This document shows positions 41,010 through 51,151 of a DNA stretch of 64,000 nt, piece by piece; the first letter of the stretch is position 1; each line of letters starts with the position of its first letter. The position numbers and the translations under genes are program-made. Under the pieces are notes generated by a model, which saw nothing but the letters and a program-made list of their open reading frames with translations, was not told where the DNA came from and did no database searches. This DNA comes from an uncultured cyanobacterium (GTDB lineage: Bacteria > Cyanobacteriota > Cyanobacteriia > Cyanobacteriales > Cyanobacteriaceae): positions 288,001 through 352,000 of the forward strand of contig CAVVOP010000008.1 of the NCBI GenBank assembly GCA_963749915.1. Direction: 5' to 3'.

Positions 41010-41411
41010 TCATATTGCTAATTGTTGAGATTCTTTTTTCAACATCTCCAATAAGCAATGATTTTGGGCTTGTTGTGCAAGTTTGATTCTTCTCTCTAAA
41101 TTCTGTCTCAAATTTTCTAAATGTAATTGTTCTAAAGTGGATTTTGCCACGGGATGAGCAATGCAAGAATGAGGTGAGATCACTTTCAAAGGAGTTTCGC
41201 TATTAGTCGTCATTGCGGGGATCATATTAGGACAAGTGCTATAAGCAACGCCACGATAGTTAAGACCAAATTTAGGTCGTAGTTGAGGGACGTGTCTTGG
41301 TAATTTATACTTCCTCTCATTTCCTCTATATTTGCCGGTGATGTCACTTTCCTTCATTTCCAGTAAAGAAGTTTCCGATTGATATTGAACACCACGATAT
41401 TTCAATTTCAT
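41010..41411 (-). CDS. DUF4278 domain protein
   Basis: MKLKYRGVQY, GKYRG, L.YRGVAY repeats; C-terminal NLERR...A....LL.ML..E. Confidence 0.82.
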   Translation of the reverse strand: MKLKYRGVQYQSETSLLEMKESDITGKYRGNERKYKLPRHVPQLRPKFGLNYRGVAYSTCPNMIPAMTTNSETPLKVISPHSCIAHPVAKSTLEQLHLENLRQNLERRIKLAQQAQNHCLLEMLKKESQQLAI

Positions 41412-41590
41412 ATTATTTACCCCTAAAGTAATTTACAAATTTTATTCAGAAAAGATTTTCAAAATAGTTCTTGATTTCTGTATCCATTGTGACATTTTTA
41501 CCAATTAATGTAAAGAGGATGTAAGGAAAACTTAAAATTTGAGTGCAGAGTTGTCGGAAAGGGCAAAAAAATCTTAAAAGAGAAGTATTG

Positions 41591-41636
41591 TACTTATTAC
41601 TCTTCCCTCACAGTAACCTTTTCGGCACGTTTCCGA
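41591..41636 (+). repeat. 46-bp dispersed repeat, copy 1
   Basis: TACTTATTACTCTTCCCTCACAGTAACCTTTTCGGCACGTTTCCGA; 42/46 identical to 44433..44478. Confidence 0.75.
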
Positions 41637-41811
41637 GCAGTCTTGGGTGGGGAAGTTACATTGATCATCAAAAATATTGGGAAGGTGCCAAAATATCAGC
41701 CTTCATGATAATGAGTAAAGGAGCAAATTGGTTGATGTCCACGGCAGAAATCGAGTAGAATGCAGTAGTTCAAGATCTTAAAATCGAGTTCTTATATTTA
41801 ATTAATATTTC

Positions 41812-42504
41812 ATGGAGACGCAAGAAATTAGCGATATTTTCTCTTTATTTCATAACCTGAATACAGAAACCTTAGAATGGGTTGTTTCTATGGGTGACAG
41901 TGACTATTATGAATCAGGAGAAGTGATTATTGCCGAAGACGACTGGGGAAAAGCTATCTATTTAATAGTTTCGGGATGGGTGAAGTTGGAGAATATCTAT
42001 ACGGAAGAAACAGTGACAGTGGAAATTATCGGCAAAGGTGGCTGTGTGGGAGAAGCTGGAATTTTAAGTAGTCTCAATGGTAACAGTCGAGTAGTTGCGA
42101 TTTCTGCGGTGGAAGTATTAACTATTTCCGCCCAAAGATTTTTACAAATATTATTCCGAGATTCTCAAATACAAAACCGTTTTTTAAAATTAATGGTAAG
42201 TCGGGTTACGGAATATCAAAAATATTGTCAATTTCATCGTCAGACAGGGAAAGTAAGATTAGCTACTGTTTTAATTTCCCTTGCCGATAAATATGGTGAG
42301 GTAACAGAAAAAGGTATTAAACTTTATGATTTTTTCCTGCAAGATTTAGCTAATTTAGCACAATTAAGTTTAGAAGAGTGTGGTCAAATTATGAGTAAAT
42401 TGGAAAACAAGGGTTTAATTTGTATAAAATCTGATACTCAGAGTCTTTATATTTCTAATATTAAACAATTACATCATATTATCGGTAAATTAGGCAATGA
42501 ATAA
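41812..42504 (+). CDS. Crp/Fnr family transcriptional regulator
   Basis: cNMP-binding-like region (YLIVSGWVKL, GEAGIL, R..A) and C-terminal HTH (QDLANLA.LS.EE). Confidence 0.82.
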   Translation: METQEISDIFSLFHNLNTETLEWVVSMGDSDYYESGEVIIAEDDWGKAIYLIVSGWVKLENIYTEETVTVEIIGKGGCVGEAGILSSLNGNSRVVAISAVEVLTISAQRFLQILFRDSQIQNRFLKLMVSRVTEYQKYCQFHRQTGKVRLATVLISLADKYGEVTEKGIKLYDFFLQDLANLAQLSLEECGQIMSKLENKGLICIKSDTQSLYISNIKQLHHIIGKLGNE

Positions 42505-42558
42505 TTAATTAACAGTTGCTTATTATCTTACTTATTACTGGTTATTTTATATTAAAAA

Positions 42559-44304
42559 ATGAATAAATTAAGTCCGAATATCCATTACTTTGTCTCGATG
42601 TCATGTCCAGGATCTCATTTATTTGAAGTAACTTTAAATATTGAAAATTGGCAAGAAAAAACCTTAGATTTAAAAATGCCTGTGTGGACACCGGGATCCT
42701 ATTTAGTAAGGGAATATTCTCGACATTTACAAAATTTTACTGCTCATAATACCAAAAATAAAAATAATTTTAAATGGAAAAAACTAGCAAAAAACTATTG
42801 GGTTATTAATACTGAAAATCAAGCAAACATAACTGTAAAATATCAAATTTATGGTAATGATTTAACCGTCAGAACTAATCATTTAGATGCTACCCATGGT
42901 TATTTTAACGGGGCAGCATTATTTTTTTATCTACCCAATTATGAAAATTTTCCCTCAAAAATTACCATTAACTTGCCTCAATCTCATTGGCAAATCACAA
43001 CATCCTTACCAACAATATCTTCATCACAAAACACTTTTTTAGCCAAGAATTTTGATACTTTAGTTGATAGTCCCTTCGAAATTGGCACACAAAAAATTTA
43101 TGATTTTCAAGTCGATAATAAACCTCATCAATGGGTGATTTGGGGGGATGGTAATATTGAAGCCGAAAAACTGATTAAAGATACACAAAAGATTATCAAA
43201 ACCGAAGAGAAAATATTTGGTAGTTTACCCTATGATAATTACTTCTTTTTATTGCATTTATCCGCTAGTGGTTTTGGTGGGTTGGAGCATAAAAATTGTT
43301 GTGTGTTAAACTACCCCCGTTTTGCCTTTAAAAAACCAGAAAAATATAATCGCTTTATCCAATTAGTAGCCCACGAATATTTCCATCTTTGGAATGTCAA
43401 AAGAATCCGCCCTAAAGCTTTAGAAAGTTTTGATTATGACCAAGAAAATTATACAACGTCTTTATGGTTTTCCGAAGGTACAACCAGTTATTATGACATG
43501 ATTGTTCCCTTAAGGGCTGGTATTTATAATCGTCAAACATTTTTTGAGTTATTAAGTAAAGATATTAGCCAATATTTAACTATTCCGGGTAGGAATATTC
43601 AGCCTTTGAATGAATCAAGTTTTGATGCTTGGATTAAATTATATCGTCGTGATTCTTACAGTAATAACTGCCAAATTTCTTATTATTTAAAAGGGCAATT
43701 ACTAACTCTGCTGTTAGATTTACTCATTAGAAACAATAGTGATAGTCAAAAATCTTTTGATGATGTCATGAAGGAAATGTGGCTAAAATTTGGACAACAA
43801 GAAATCGGTTTTACTCCTGAACAATTAAAAGCAGAAATAGAAGCGATCGCCAGTACAGATTTAACAGAATTTTTCCACTTATATTTAGATACAACTACTG
43901 CCTTACCCTTCAATCAATATTTTGAACCTTTTGGCCTAAAATTAGAGCCACAAATAGACAACAATATACCACCCTATTTAGGCTTCAATATCCAGAAAAA
44001 AAATGGGACGGAAGAAATAACCTTTGTGGATGCTAATTCCCCAGCAGGAAAAGCCGGAATTGATGCTGAGGACCAGTTATTAGCTATCGATGGTTTTCAA
44101 GTCACCATAGATAATCTAACAGATAGATTACTAGATTATCAAGCCAATGACACTATCAAATTAACTTATTTTCATCAACAACAATTAAAAACCGTAGACA
44201 TAAAATTGGCCTCTGCACAACCTTCTAGTTATCAAGTAAAAATAATAGATAGTCCGAACCAAAAACAACAAGAAATGTTAGAGAAATGGCTTTTTAACAA
44301 TTAG
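42559..44304 (+). CDS. M61 family metallopeptidase with PDZ domain
   Basis: MPVWTPGSY, GGLEH, AHEYFHLWN (HExxH), EGTTSYY; C-terminal PDZ (SPA.KAGI). Confidence 0.92.
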   Translation: MNKLSPNIHYFVSMSCPGSHLFEVTLNIENWQEKTLDLKMPVWTPGSYLVREYSRHLQNFTAHNTKNKNNFKWKKLAKNYWVINTENQANITVKYQIYGNDLTVRTNHLDATHGYFNGAALFFYLPNYENFPSKITINLPQSHWQITTSLPTISSSQNTFLAKNFDTLVDSPFEIGTQKIYDFQVDNKPHQWVIWGDGNIEAEKLIKDTQKIIKTEEKIFGSLPYDNYFFLLHLSASGFGGLEHKNCCVLNYPRFAFKKPEKYNRFIQLVAHEYFHLWNVKRIRPKALESFDYDQENYTTSLWFSEGTTSYYDMIVPLRAGIYNRQTFFELLSKDISQYLTIPGRNIQPLNESSFDAWIKLYRRDSYSNNCQISYYLKGQLLTLLLDLLIRNNSDSQKSFDDVMKEMWLKFGQQEIGFTPEQLKAEIEAIASTDLTEFFHLYLDTTTALPFNQYFEPFGLKLEPQIDNNIPPYLGFNIQKKNGTEEITFVDANSPAGKAGIDAEDQLLAIDGFQVTIDNLTDRLLDYQANDTIKLTYFHQQQLKTVDIKLASAQPSSYQVKIIDSPNQKQQEMLEKWLFNN

Positions 44305-44411
44305 AGATTAGGGTCGGCAATCAATCAATGCCCAATACTGCGAGGGTTTTGGAAAATACCAATGTGGTCGAGGTTAAGGCAGAAGGCAGAAGGTAATAAA
44401 TTCGTGTCACC

Positions 44412-44442
44412 TATTACTTACTTATTACTTATTACTTATTAC
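44412..44442 (+). repeat. Heptamer tandem repeat (TTATTAC)n
   Basis: tattacttacttattacttattacttattac; the same unit recurs at about 58694-58710. Confidence 0.75.
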
Positions 44443-44478
44443 TTTTCCCTCACAGTAACCTTTTTGGCAAGCTTCCGA
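44433..44478 (+). repeat. 46-bp dispersed repeat, copy 2
   Basis: TACTTATTACTTTTCCCTCACAGTAACCTTTTTGGCAAGCTTCCGA. Confidence 0.75.
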
Positions 44479-44566
44479 ATCTGACACCACGATGTCATAA
44501 ATGTCTAAGTCTCCAGTTAAATAAAGCATTTGGGACATTTTCTTTAAGCCCTGTGAATAATACAGA

Positions 44567-45049
44567 TTAAGGACAATTAAGAGTATCAATGGTTTTTCTA
44601 CCAGTAACAGGGTTACTGCCACTAGCCATTTTACATAATAATTCTTCCACATCAGGACGCAAGATTACATCGGTAAAATCTGCCCCTTCAATATTGGCTT
44701 TTTCAAATTTAGTGTTAGTAGCAAAAGCCCCTTCAAGAATAGCATTATGGAGATTCACCCGTGTCATCCTTGCAGAATCTAATACCGCATTAGTTAAATT
44801 AGCACTTTCTAAATTTGCAGAATCCATATTAGCACCGAAAAAACTAACCCCTTGTAAATTCGCATTGCTTAAATTGCTACTACGGAGATTAGCCTTATTA
44901 AAAGTTGATCCTACCAAATCTTGTCCAGAAAAATTACTCTCAAATAAATCTCTTTTGGTGTAATCTAATGCTTGTACAGGATTAACGATGGTGATAAAAC
45001 CGATCATTAATGCCAAACTCAAACCAATTAATTTTAATAAAATCATCAT
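44567..45049 (-). CDS. Pentapeptide repeat protein (lumenal/periplasmic type)
   Basis: Signal peptide; A(N/D)L.. pentapeptide repeats; C-terminal LC..A.G.NPVTGR.T.DTL.CP. Confidence 0.9.
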   Translation of the reverse strand: MMILLKLIGLSLALMIGFITIVNPVQALDYTKRDLFESNFSGQDLVGSTFNKANLRSSNLSNANLQGVSFFGANMDSANLESANLTNAVLDSARMTRVNLHNAILEGAFATNTKFEKANIEGADFTDVILRPDVEELLCKMASGSNPVTGRKTIDTLNCP

Positions 45050-45220
45050 GATTATTTTCAAGAATATTTTCTTTTAATAAATAGTAACTACTAGTCTATC
45101 AAGATAGAAACGAGGAACAAAAGTTGTAAATTTTTCGATCATCCTCCGATTCCCTGACATTCAGCAGTCTTATTTGTATAAAATGTACTTGACAAAGTCT
45201 CCAGACCGATGACAGGGAAT

Positions 45221-46594
45221 TTAAACTTCCATGGTTTCTTTCTCTTTTCCTGTCACTAAGTCGGGATAATGTTCATGATTAAAGGATTCATTCATTAAGT
45301 TTTTCTCGCTTATTTCCCCTGTAATTAATCTTGCACCCCTACCTCTAGTTAGATAATTCCACCCCCACTGAAGCATTACCACTAATTTATTATCAAATTC
45401 GATTAAGTAGTAAATGTGTGCAAATACCCACACTAACCAAGCCAGAATTCCTGATAATTTAACAAATTCTAAGTTTGCCACCGCATGATTATCACCGATT
45501 ACAGCTAAACTTCCTTTGTCGATATATTGGAAAGGTGCCATGGCTTTGCCTTTAATTTTTGCTTTAATGTATTTTGCCATATATTGCCCTTGTTCCATCG
45601 CCACTGGTGCAATGCCGGGCAGGGGTTTATTATCTTGATGAGAAAAATTAGCCAAATCCCCCACTACAAAGATATGAGGATGATCTTTGATGCTTAAATT
45701 TGGTTCAACCATAATTCTACCTGCCCGATCAGTTTGTGCGTTAGTTTTTTTGGCGATAACTCCCCCTAAATCAGAGGCCTTCACCCCTGCTGCCCATAAA
45801 ATTGTCCTAGCTTTGATGATTTCCTCTTCTTCCCCATAACGGATATTCACCCTACTCTTCTGAATATTGGTCACCATGCGATTAGTTAATACCGTCACCC
45901 CCAAATATTCAAGGGATTCCTGGGCCTTTTGGGATAAGTCTTGGGGATAGGGCGGTAAAATCCGATTCAGTCCCTCAATTAACAAAATTTTCGTTTTCGT
46001 GGTATCTATTTCCTGAAAATCGTCTTTGATAATCTTATGGGCAATTTCGGCGATGGCACCGGCTAATTCCACTCCTGTAGGGCCACCACCGACAATAACG
46101 AAAGTCAACCATTCTTGTTTTTCTTCAAGGGAAGAAACTTTTTCCGCTTCCTCAAAAGCAAGGAAGATTTTACGACGAATATCAAGGGCATTTTCAATAC
46201 TTTTTAAGCCGGGAGCGTAATTTTCCCAATGTTCATTCCCGAAGTAGTGATGACTTACCCCAGTACCAATGATTAAATAGTCATAGTTTAAGATACCCTC
46301 ACGCATAATAACCTGTTTTTGTTCGGGGTTTATATCTACTACTTCATCTAAGACAACATGAGTATTCTCATTTCTGCCGACAATTAACCGTAAAGGAGAA
46401 CAAATTTCCGCCGGGGATAAACTACCCGTAGCTACTTGATATAAAAGAGGTTGGAAAAGGTGAAAATTGCGTTTATCAATCAAGGTTACTTTCACGGGTG
46501 TATTGCCTAACTCTTTAGCGGCATATAATCCTGCAAAGCCTCCTCCTACTATCACCACATGAGGTTGATCAGATTCCTTTTGAATATTATACAT
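45221..46594 (-). CDS. Type II NADH dehydrogenase (NDH-2)
   Basis: VVIVGGGFAG, HLFQPLLYQVATG, VIVGGGPTGVELAG, WAAG and GDLA...PG.APVA..QG motifs. Confidence 0.9.
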   Translation of the reverse strand: MYNIQKESDQPHVVIVGGGFAGLYAAKELGNTPVKVTLIDKRNFHLFQPLLYQVATGSLSPAEICSPLRLIVGRNENTHVVLDEVVDINPEQKQVIMREGILNYDYLIIGTGVSHHYFGNEHWENYAPGLKSIENALDIRRKIFLAFEEAEKVSSLEEKQEWLTFVIVGGGPTGVELAGAIAEIAHKIIKDDFQEIDTTKTKILLIEGLNRILPPYPQDLSQKAQESLEYLGVTVLTNRMVTNIQKSRVNIRYGEEEEIIKARTILWAAGVKASDLGGVIAKKTNAQTDRAGRIMVEPNLSIKDHPHIFVVGDLANFSHQDNKPLPGIAPVAMEQGQYMAKYIKAKIKGKAMAPFQYIDKGSLAVIGDNHAVANLEFVKLSGILAWLVWVFAHIYYLIEFDNKLVVMLQWGWNYLTRGRGARLITGEISEKNLMNESFNHEHYPDLVTGKEKETMEV

Positions 46595-46796
46595 AATCAA
46601 TATGAGCTATAGAGTATTACTGATTTAACTAGTTTAAATACTAGATTAGAGGATTAAATTAGACTTTGAAGTAATCAACCATACATTTTAAGACGAGTCA
46701 GTCAGGATTCACACACAAAAATTTTTTGAACAATAATGACAAAAATTTGCAATAATGTTAGTATAGTTTAGAATTTAATAATAAAAAAGGTTTAGG

Positions 46797-46982
46797 ATGT
46801 ACGTCTGTATTTGTAACGCTATAACCGAAAAAGATATTCATAAAGCTGTAGAAGAAGGAATTTCTACCCTAGAAAAACTCTCGGAAGTAACCTCTGTTTC
46901 CAAACATTGTGGTTGTTGTGCAGATCATGCTTCTAAAGTTTTACAGGAAGTGATCATTCGTCGTACAGCCATTAGCAATTAG
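46797..46982 (+). CDS. bfd: Bacterioferritin-associated [2Fe-2S] ferredoxin
   Basis: MYVCICNAIT...CGCC (C-x-C ... C-x2-C) in 61 aa. Confidence 0.88.
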   Translation: MYVCICNAITEKDIHKAVEEGISTLEKLSEVTSVSKHCGCCADHASKVLQEVIIRRTAISN

Positions 46983-46987
46983 GGACA

Positions 46988-47037
46988 CCAATTTTGGAAT
47001 GAGGGATAGGAGAATTCTCCAAAATTATCCGTTCCCA
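46988..47037. mobile_element. MITE family A, partial copy
   Basis: CCAATTTTGGAATGAGGGATAG...CTCCAAAATTATCCGTTCCCA matches the interior of 8109..8219; TIRs lost. Confidence 0.65.
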
Positions 47038-47156
47038 TGGTCTAGCTGAGAGCTTGGGACATCAAAACCAAGATTAATCCCCATAATGCAACGGGAATGA
47101 CTATCAATTATTTTCATGTTTGCTCTTATTTCTATATAATTACTTTATTAATACAA

Positions 47157-47196
47157 AAAGACAATGAAGTGAAAAAGGTTTCACGTCCTTGTCTTT
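47157..47196. terminator. Hairpin between convergent bfd and fasciclin genes
   Basis: AAAGACAA..GTGAAA-AAGG-TTTCAC..TTGTCTTT. Confidence 0.45.
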
Positions 47197-47230
47197 GCTA
47201 ACTAAAACCTATTCAGTTTTCAAAAATTAA

Positions 47231-47785
47231 TTATTTAGAAGGTATAATTACTTTATCAATAACGTGAATAACACCATTGCTTGCATTGATGTCAGCTTTC
47301 ACTACTTGGGCGTCATTAACTTTAACCCCCTCACCAAGTTGAATATTTACGTCACTTCCTTCGACGGTAGTTACGTTACCTGCTTTTAGGTCGGTGGACA
47401 AAACAGCATCAGCAACAACATGATAAGTCAGAATCTTGATTAATACCTCCTTATTCTCTGGTTTAAGCAACTCCTCTAAAGTTCCTTCTGGCAAAGCAGC
47501 AAAGGCTTCATCTGTAGGGGCAAAAACGGTAAAAGGACCGTCTCCTTCAAGTACAGTTACTAAATCAGCTGCTTTTAAAGCTGCGATAAGTGTGTTGAAA
47601 GAACCTGCTGAAGTCGCAATCTCCACAATTGTTTGCTGATTTTCAGCTGCCACTGTTTGAGATTGTTCGGCAGCTTCCTTGTCAAGAGAATGATTCATTC
47701 CAGCCATTACAGCAGTACTCGAAATGGTGCTTACGAGAGTAAGGCTACTAACTAATAATTTAATCGATTGGGAAGAGTTAAACAT
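47231..47785 (-). CDS. Fasciclin (FAS1) domain protein
   Basis: Signal peptide; [20 protein letters not shown] and NGVIHVID motifs. Confidence 0.93.
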   Translation of the reverse strand: MFNSSQSIKLLVSSLTLVSTISSTAVMAGMNHSLDKEAAEQSQTVAAENQQTIVEIATSAGSFNTLIAALKAADLVTVLEGDGPFTVFAPTDEAFAALPEGTLEELLKPENKEVLIKILTYHVVADAVLSTDLKAGNVTTVEGSDVNIQLGEGVKVNDAQVVKADINASNGVIHVIDKVIIPSK

Positions 47786-47930
47786 GCTAAAAAACTTTTT
47801 CGTTATTGTTTAAGAAGTAAAATGCTCGAGGCAATTATTCTTAGTGTAACAAAATAATAAATTTTTATAAAGATTTATTACGGGATTCTTTACAAAATGG
47901 GACCTATCCATAATAATCAGGAAATAAGTT

Positions 47931-48003
47931 ATGGAAAATACTCGTCTTCAATCAAGGAATGAGTTGTGCTTCTTGTGCTTCTAAAATTGAACAAGCGATC
48001 GCA
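47931..48003 (+). pseudogene. Heavy-metal-associated (HMA) domain fragment, frameshifted
   Basis: ATG MENTRLQ, frameshift, then GMSCASCASKIEQAIA (GMxCxxC motif); sequence then breaks off. Confidence 0.7.
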
Positions 48004-48074
48004 TCTGAAGTGGGTAAGATGCAAAGTGCAAGAAAAAAAACAATCAAACTGCCAACCAGATGAAATAATGGGGG

Positions 48075-48128
48075 AATGGATTGGAAAATGACTTAATTAG
48101 CTATCCCACAGTTATTTGATGCACGACC
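48075..48128 (+). mobile_element. IS1 right-end fragment
   Basis: AATGACTTAATTAGCTATCCCACAGTTATTTGATGCACGACC matches the reverse complement of the IS1 end at 2557-2600. Confidence 0.85.
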
Positions 48129-48206
48129 CCCTGAATCAAGAATTGAGAATCAATATTTGTTAGAATAATAGTATATAAACCCTAAATCTGTTGAGGAGGT
48201 CATGTC

Positions 48207-48338
48207 ATGAAATCCTACAAACGACTTTACGAAAAACAGGCTCAAAAACGAGTATTTCCCAAATCTGTTCGTACCACCGAAAAACTTTTTAAACACCGTG
48301 ACAGGGGCGTTCATCCTGGACGAGTAAAGGCTTCTTGA
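48207..48338 (+). CDS. Putative small basic protein (43 aa)
   Basis: GAGGAGG RBS, then MKSYKRLYEKQAQKRVFPKSVRTTEKLFKHRDRGVHPGRVKAS*. No family recognised. Confidence 0.35.
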   Translation: MKSYKRLYEKQAQKRVFPKSVRTTEKLFKHRDRGVHPGRVKAS

Positions 48339-48970
48339 TGCGGAAATATGAGGCAGGGGTACTCCCGAGGGTAGGTTTTTAATATTTCGGTGAAGGTGAG
48401 ACAAGGAAGCTTAGAAGACAGATGAACAAGGAAGATAGTATGAACGAAAAACAGTCTTTTCAACGATCCTTGTAATACCTATAACCGGACTCCACTTATA
48501 AAGAAAGATGGATGGAAAGAAAGGGATCTTTTTCGGCGTCGAATCTCACCGTTCGCTCATTTTACAACTGAGTTGCTTGATAAAGAAGCTGAATTATTGG
48601 GGTGTAAATTTTTTTTAGTCTAAACTAGGAACGTCAAGATGGGCAGGAAAAGGTGGCAGTTATCGAACCATTCAAAGATTTTTTCACGGCCTAAAGAATT
48701 CGCCCACTCTTCTGGGGCTATTTTTTTGTGCCCATTGCTTTTGTCCAGGAGAAGCTTGTGCTTTGCGGTGAGGATGAATTAGTGACAACTAAATCAGGCT
48801 AATGGATAGGATTATAATCATTGAATAGAGTTATAAATGGTCTATGAATAGTGCTAAGCATTTTAGGATTGCTATATTTTTTGATATTTTCTAGCTTGCC
48901 ATAGTACCCTTTATGTTAAATTAAGATGGTTTTCCCCATTTTTTATTTATTTTAACATTTGTAATGAGTT

Positions 48971-49534
48971 ATGTTTTGGCTTAATTTAACTATTTTTTTG
49001 TTATTTTTCCCCACTAGTTTAGGATTGTTATGGCAATCCTTTACTCTAAATAATTTATCAGATCAGTTAATATCTTTTGCCTTCTTTTTATTTTCTTTAG
49101 AACAAGCAAGAATGGCTATTATTGACCTAAAACCATGTTTATTTGATAAAAATAAACTTCAAAAATCAGTTTATATAAATTTTTATATAGTAATTTTTAC
49201 TACTTTAATTATAGAATTATATGGTTTTTATTTAGCTTTATTTTCATTAGGATGGGGGGCAATATTTGTTTTAATTAGTCAACTTTGGTTTAATTGTTTC
49301 GCACAAATTAAAGTAACAGAAACGGAAAATGTCATGATTCAAGATTATACTTTTTCTGACAAAATAATCGTTTTATCTGCTGATGTGATCGCTTTAATAT
49401 TAATGAGTTTGTGGGTGATGAATTTTTATCCTCTAACCATTGCTTTGGGAATGTTGACTATTACCTTAACCTTTGGGACTCTTAAATATGGTGGATTTGT
49501 GGTGGGAATGAACCCAAAGACCTCAAAAAATTAA
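48971..49534 (+). CDS. Hypothetical membrane protein
   Basis: 187 aa with multiple TM segments; EQARMA..DL and SQLWFN motifs. Confidence 0.65.
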   Translation: MFWLNLTIFLLFFPTSLGLLWQSFTLNNLSDQLISFAFFLFSLEQARMAIIDLKPCLFDKNKLQKSVYINFYIVIFTTLIIELYGFYLALFSLGWGAIFVLISQLWFNCFAQIKVTETENVMIQDYTFSDKIIVLSADVIALILMSLWVMNFYPLTIALGMLTITLTFGTLKYGGFVVGMNPKTSKN

Positions 49535-49567
49535 TCATGGTAGGATTTTACTCAAAGCTGTTGCAGT

Positions 49568-51046
49568 CTAATTATTAATTGTTACTTGCTGATTGCCGTA
49601 TAAAATGACAGTAGCTTGGACTTCACTCCAACGGGTGATTAAATTAGGTTGTAAACCAAAAATAATTATTAAAAAAGCGAGAAGTAACGCTGGTATTCTT
49701 TCACTCCATAAAACTTTCGGTAAATTACTTAATTCTGGAGTTAAGCGTCCAAAAAATACTTTGTTTACCATTAATAAGAAGTAAACTGCCGTTAATCCTG
49801 TGCCGATTAAGCATAATAAAGTAGGGATGGGGAAAATAGGAAAACTACCTCTAAATACAAGAAATTCCGAGATAAAACCTACCATGCCGGGAATGCCAGA
49901 ACTAGCCATTACTGCCACAATCATTAAGCTACCCGTGACGGGTAAGCCTTTTTCGGGGTTGAGTAAACCTCTTAAATAATCCACGTCTCGACTGCCGGTT
50001 TTTTTATAAACGATCCCAACGAGAATAAATAACATCGCGGAGATTAAACCGTGACTTATCATCTGTAAAATGGAGGCATTTAAACTAAGTCTGGTAGTTG
50101 CCGCCGCTGCTAATAATATATAAGCCATGTGGGCAATAGATGAATAGGCCACTACTTTTTTCATGTCTTTCTGGGCGATGGCACAAGTCGCACCATATAA
50201 AGCACTAATCGCCGCTAAAATTGCCAAGTAAGGTGCTAGAATTACCCATGCGTCTCGGAAGAAACCGATACCGAACCGTAATAAGCCATAAGTACCAAGT
50301 TTAAGTAATACTCCAGCCAACAGGACAGATACAGGAGTACTGGCTTCCACGTGTGCATCGGGTAGCCAAGTATGGAAGGGAAAAATAGGGATTTTAATAA
50401 ATAAACCGATTAGAAGGGGGATTAATAGTAATAATTGGCTATTTACCGTTAAAGAATGGGATTTTAACGGCTCAAATGCAAAGGTAGATTCGCCACTTAA
50501 CCATACTAGACCTAAAAAGGAGATGAACACTAAAAATCCTGATAAGACGGTATAGAGTAGGAATTTCATGGCGGCATAACCTCTTTTTGCCCCCCCCCAG
50601 ACGGCAATGAGGAAATATAAAGGTACAATTTCTATTTCATAAAAAAGGAAAAATAACAGTAAATTTTGTGCTAAAAATGCCCCAGCTACTCCTCCGCTTA
50701 ATAGTAAAATCATGCCATAATAAAAACGAGGGCGTTGTATATCTTTAGGGGTGATATAAAGAGCAATTAGAGTTAATAAACTATTAAGACATAGAAGAGG
50801 AAAAGATAAGCCATCTAGGCCTAAGTTATAGTCCAAACCTAACCAGCTTAACCAGATAAAACTTTCGCTAAATTGTAAGCCTAAAGAGTCGATTTGAAAA
50901 TTTAATCCTAAAATAATATTAAGAAGACAAATTATTCCTGCTATTATTAAAGCAATATTGCGATAAATTAAGGTATTTTTAAAACTAGGTGAAAAACAGA
51001 TTACTATAGTGCCAATTATAGGAATCCAAATAAATGAACTAAGCAT
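49568..51046 (-). CDS. ndhD4: NDH-1 subunit NdhD4 (constitutive CO2 uptake)
   Basis: NuoM-like ([22 protein letters not shown]); directly downstream of an NdhF4-type gene. Confidence 0.82.
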   Translation of the reverse strand: MLSSFIWIPIIGTIVICFSPSFKNTLIYRNIALIIAGIICLLNIILGLNFQIDSLGLQFSESFIWLSWLGLDYNLGLDGLSFPLLCLNSLLTLIALYITPKDIQRPRFYYGMILLLSGGVAGAFLAQNLLLFFLFYEIEIVPLYFLIAVWGGAKRGYAAMKFLLYTVLSGFLVFISFLGLVWLSGESTFAFEPLKSHSLTVNSQLLLLIPLLIGLFIKIPIFPFHTWLPDAHVEASTPVSVLLAGVLLKLGTYGLLRFGIGFFRDAWVILAPYLAILAAISALYGATCAIAQKDMKKVVAYSSIAHMAYILLAAAATTRLSLNASILQMISHGLISAMLFILVGIVYKKTGSRDVDYLRGLLNPEKGLPVTGSLMIVAVMASSGIPGMVGFISEFLVFRGSFPIFPIPTLLCLIGTGLTAVYFLLMVNKVFFGRLTPELSNLPKVLWSERIPALLLAFLIIIFGLQPNLITRWSEVQATVILYGNQQVTINN

Positions 51047-51151
51047 AGATTAACAAATGAGTAATTAGCAATTAAAGATTTAAAATTATTAAACTTTTAG
51101 CAGAAGTCACAAAACTTTCAATGGGAAGATAAATGAAGAAGAACAGTTAAT

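Noticed and set aside
41412..41540. Possible glutamine riboswitch upstream of the DUF4278 gene
   Set aside because: I could not find the conserved aptamer blocks in the upstream region.
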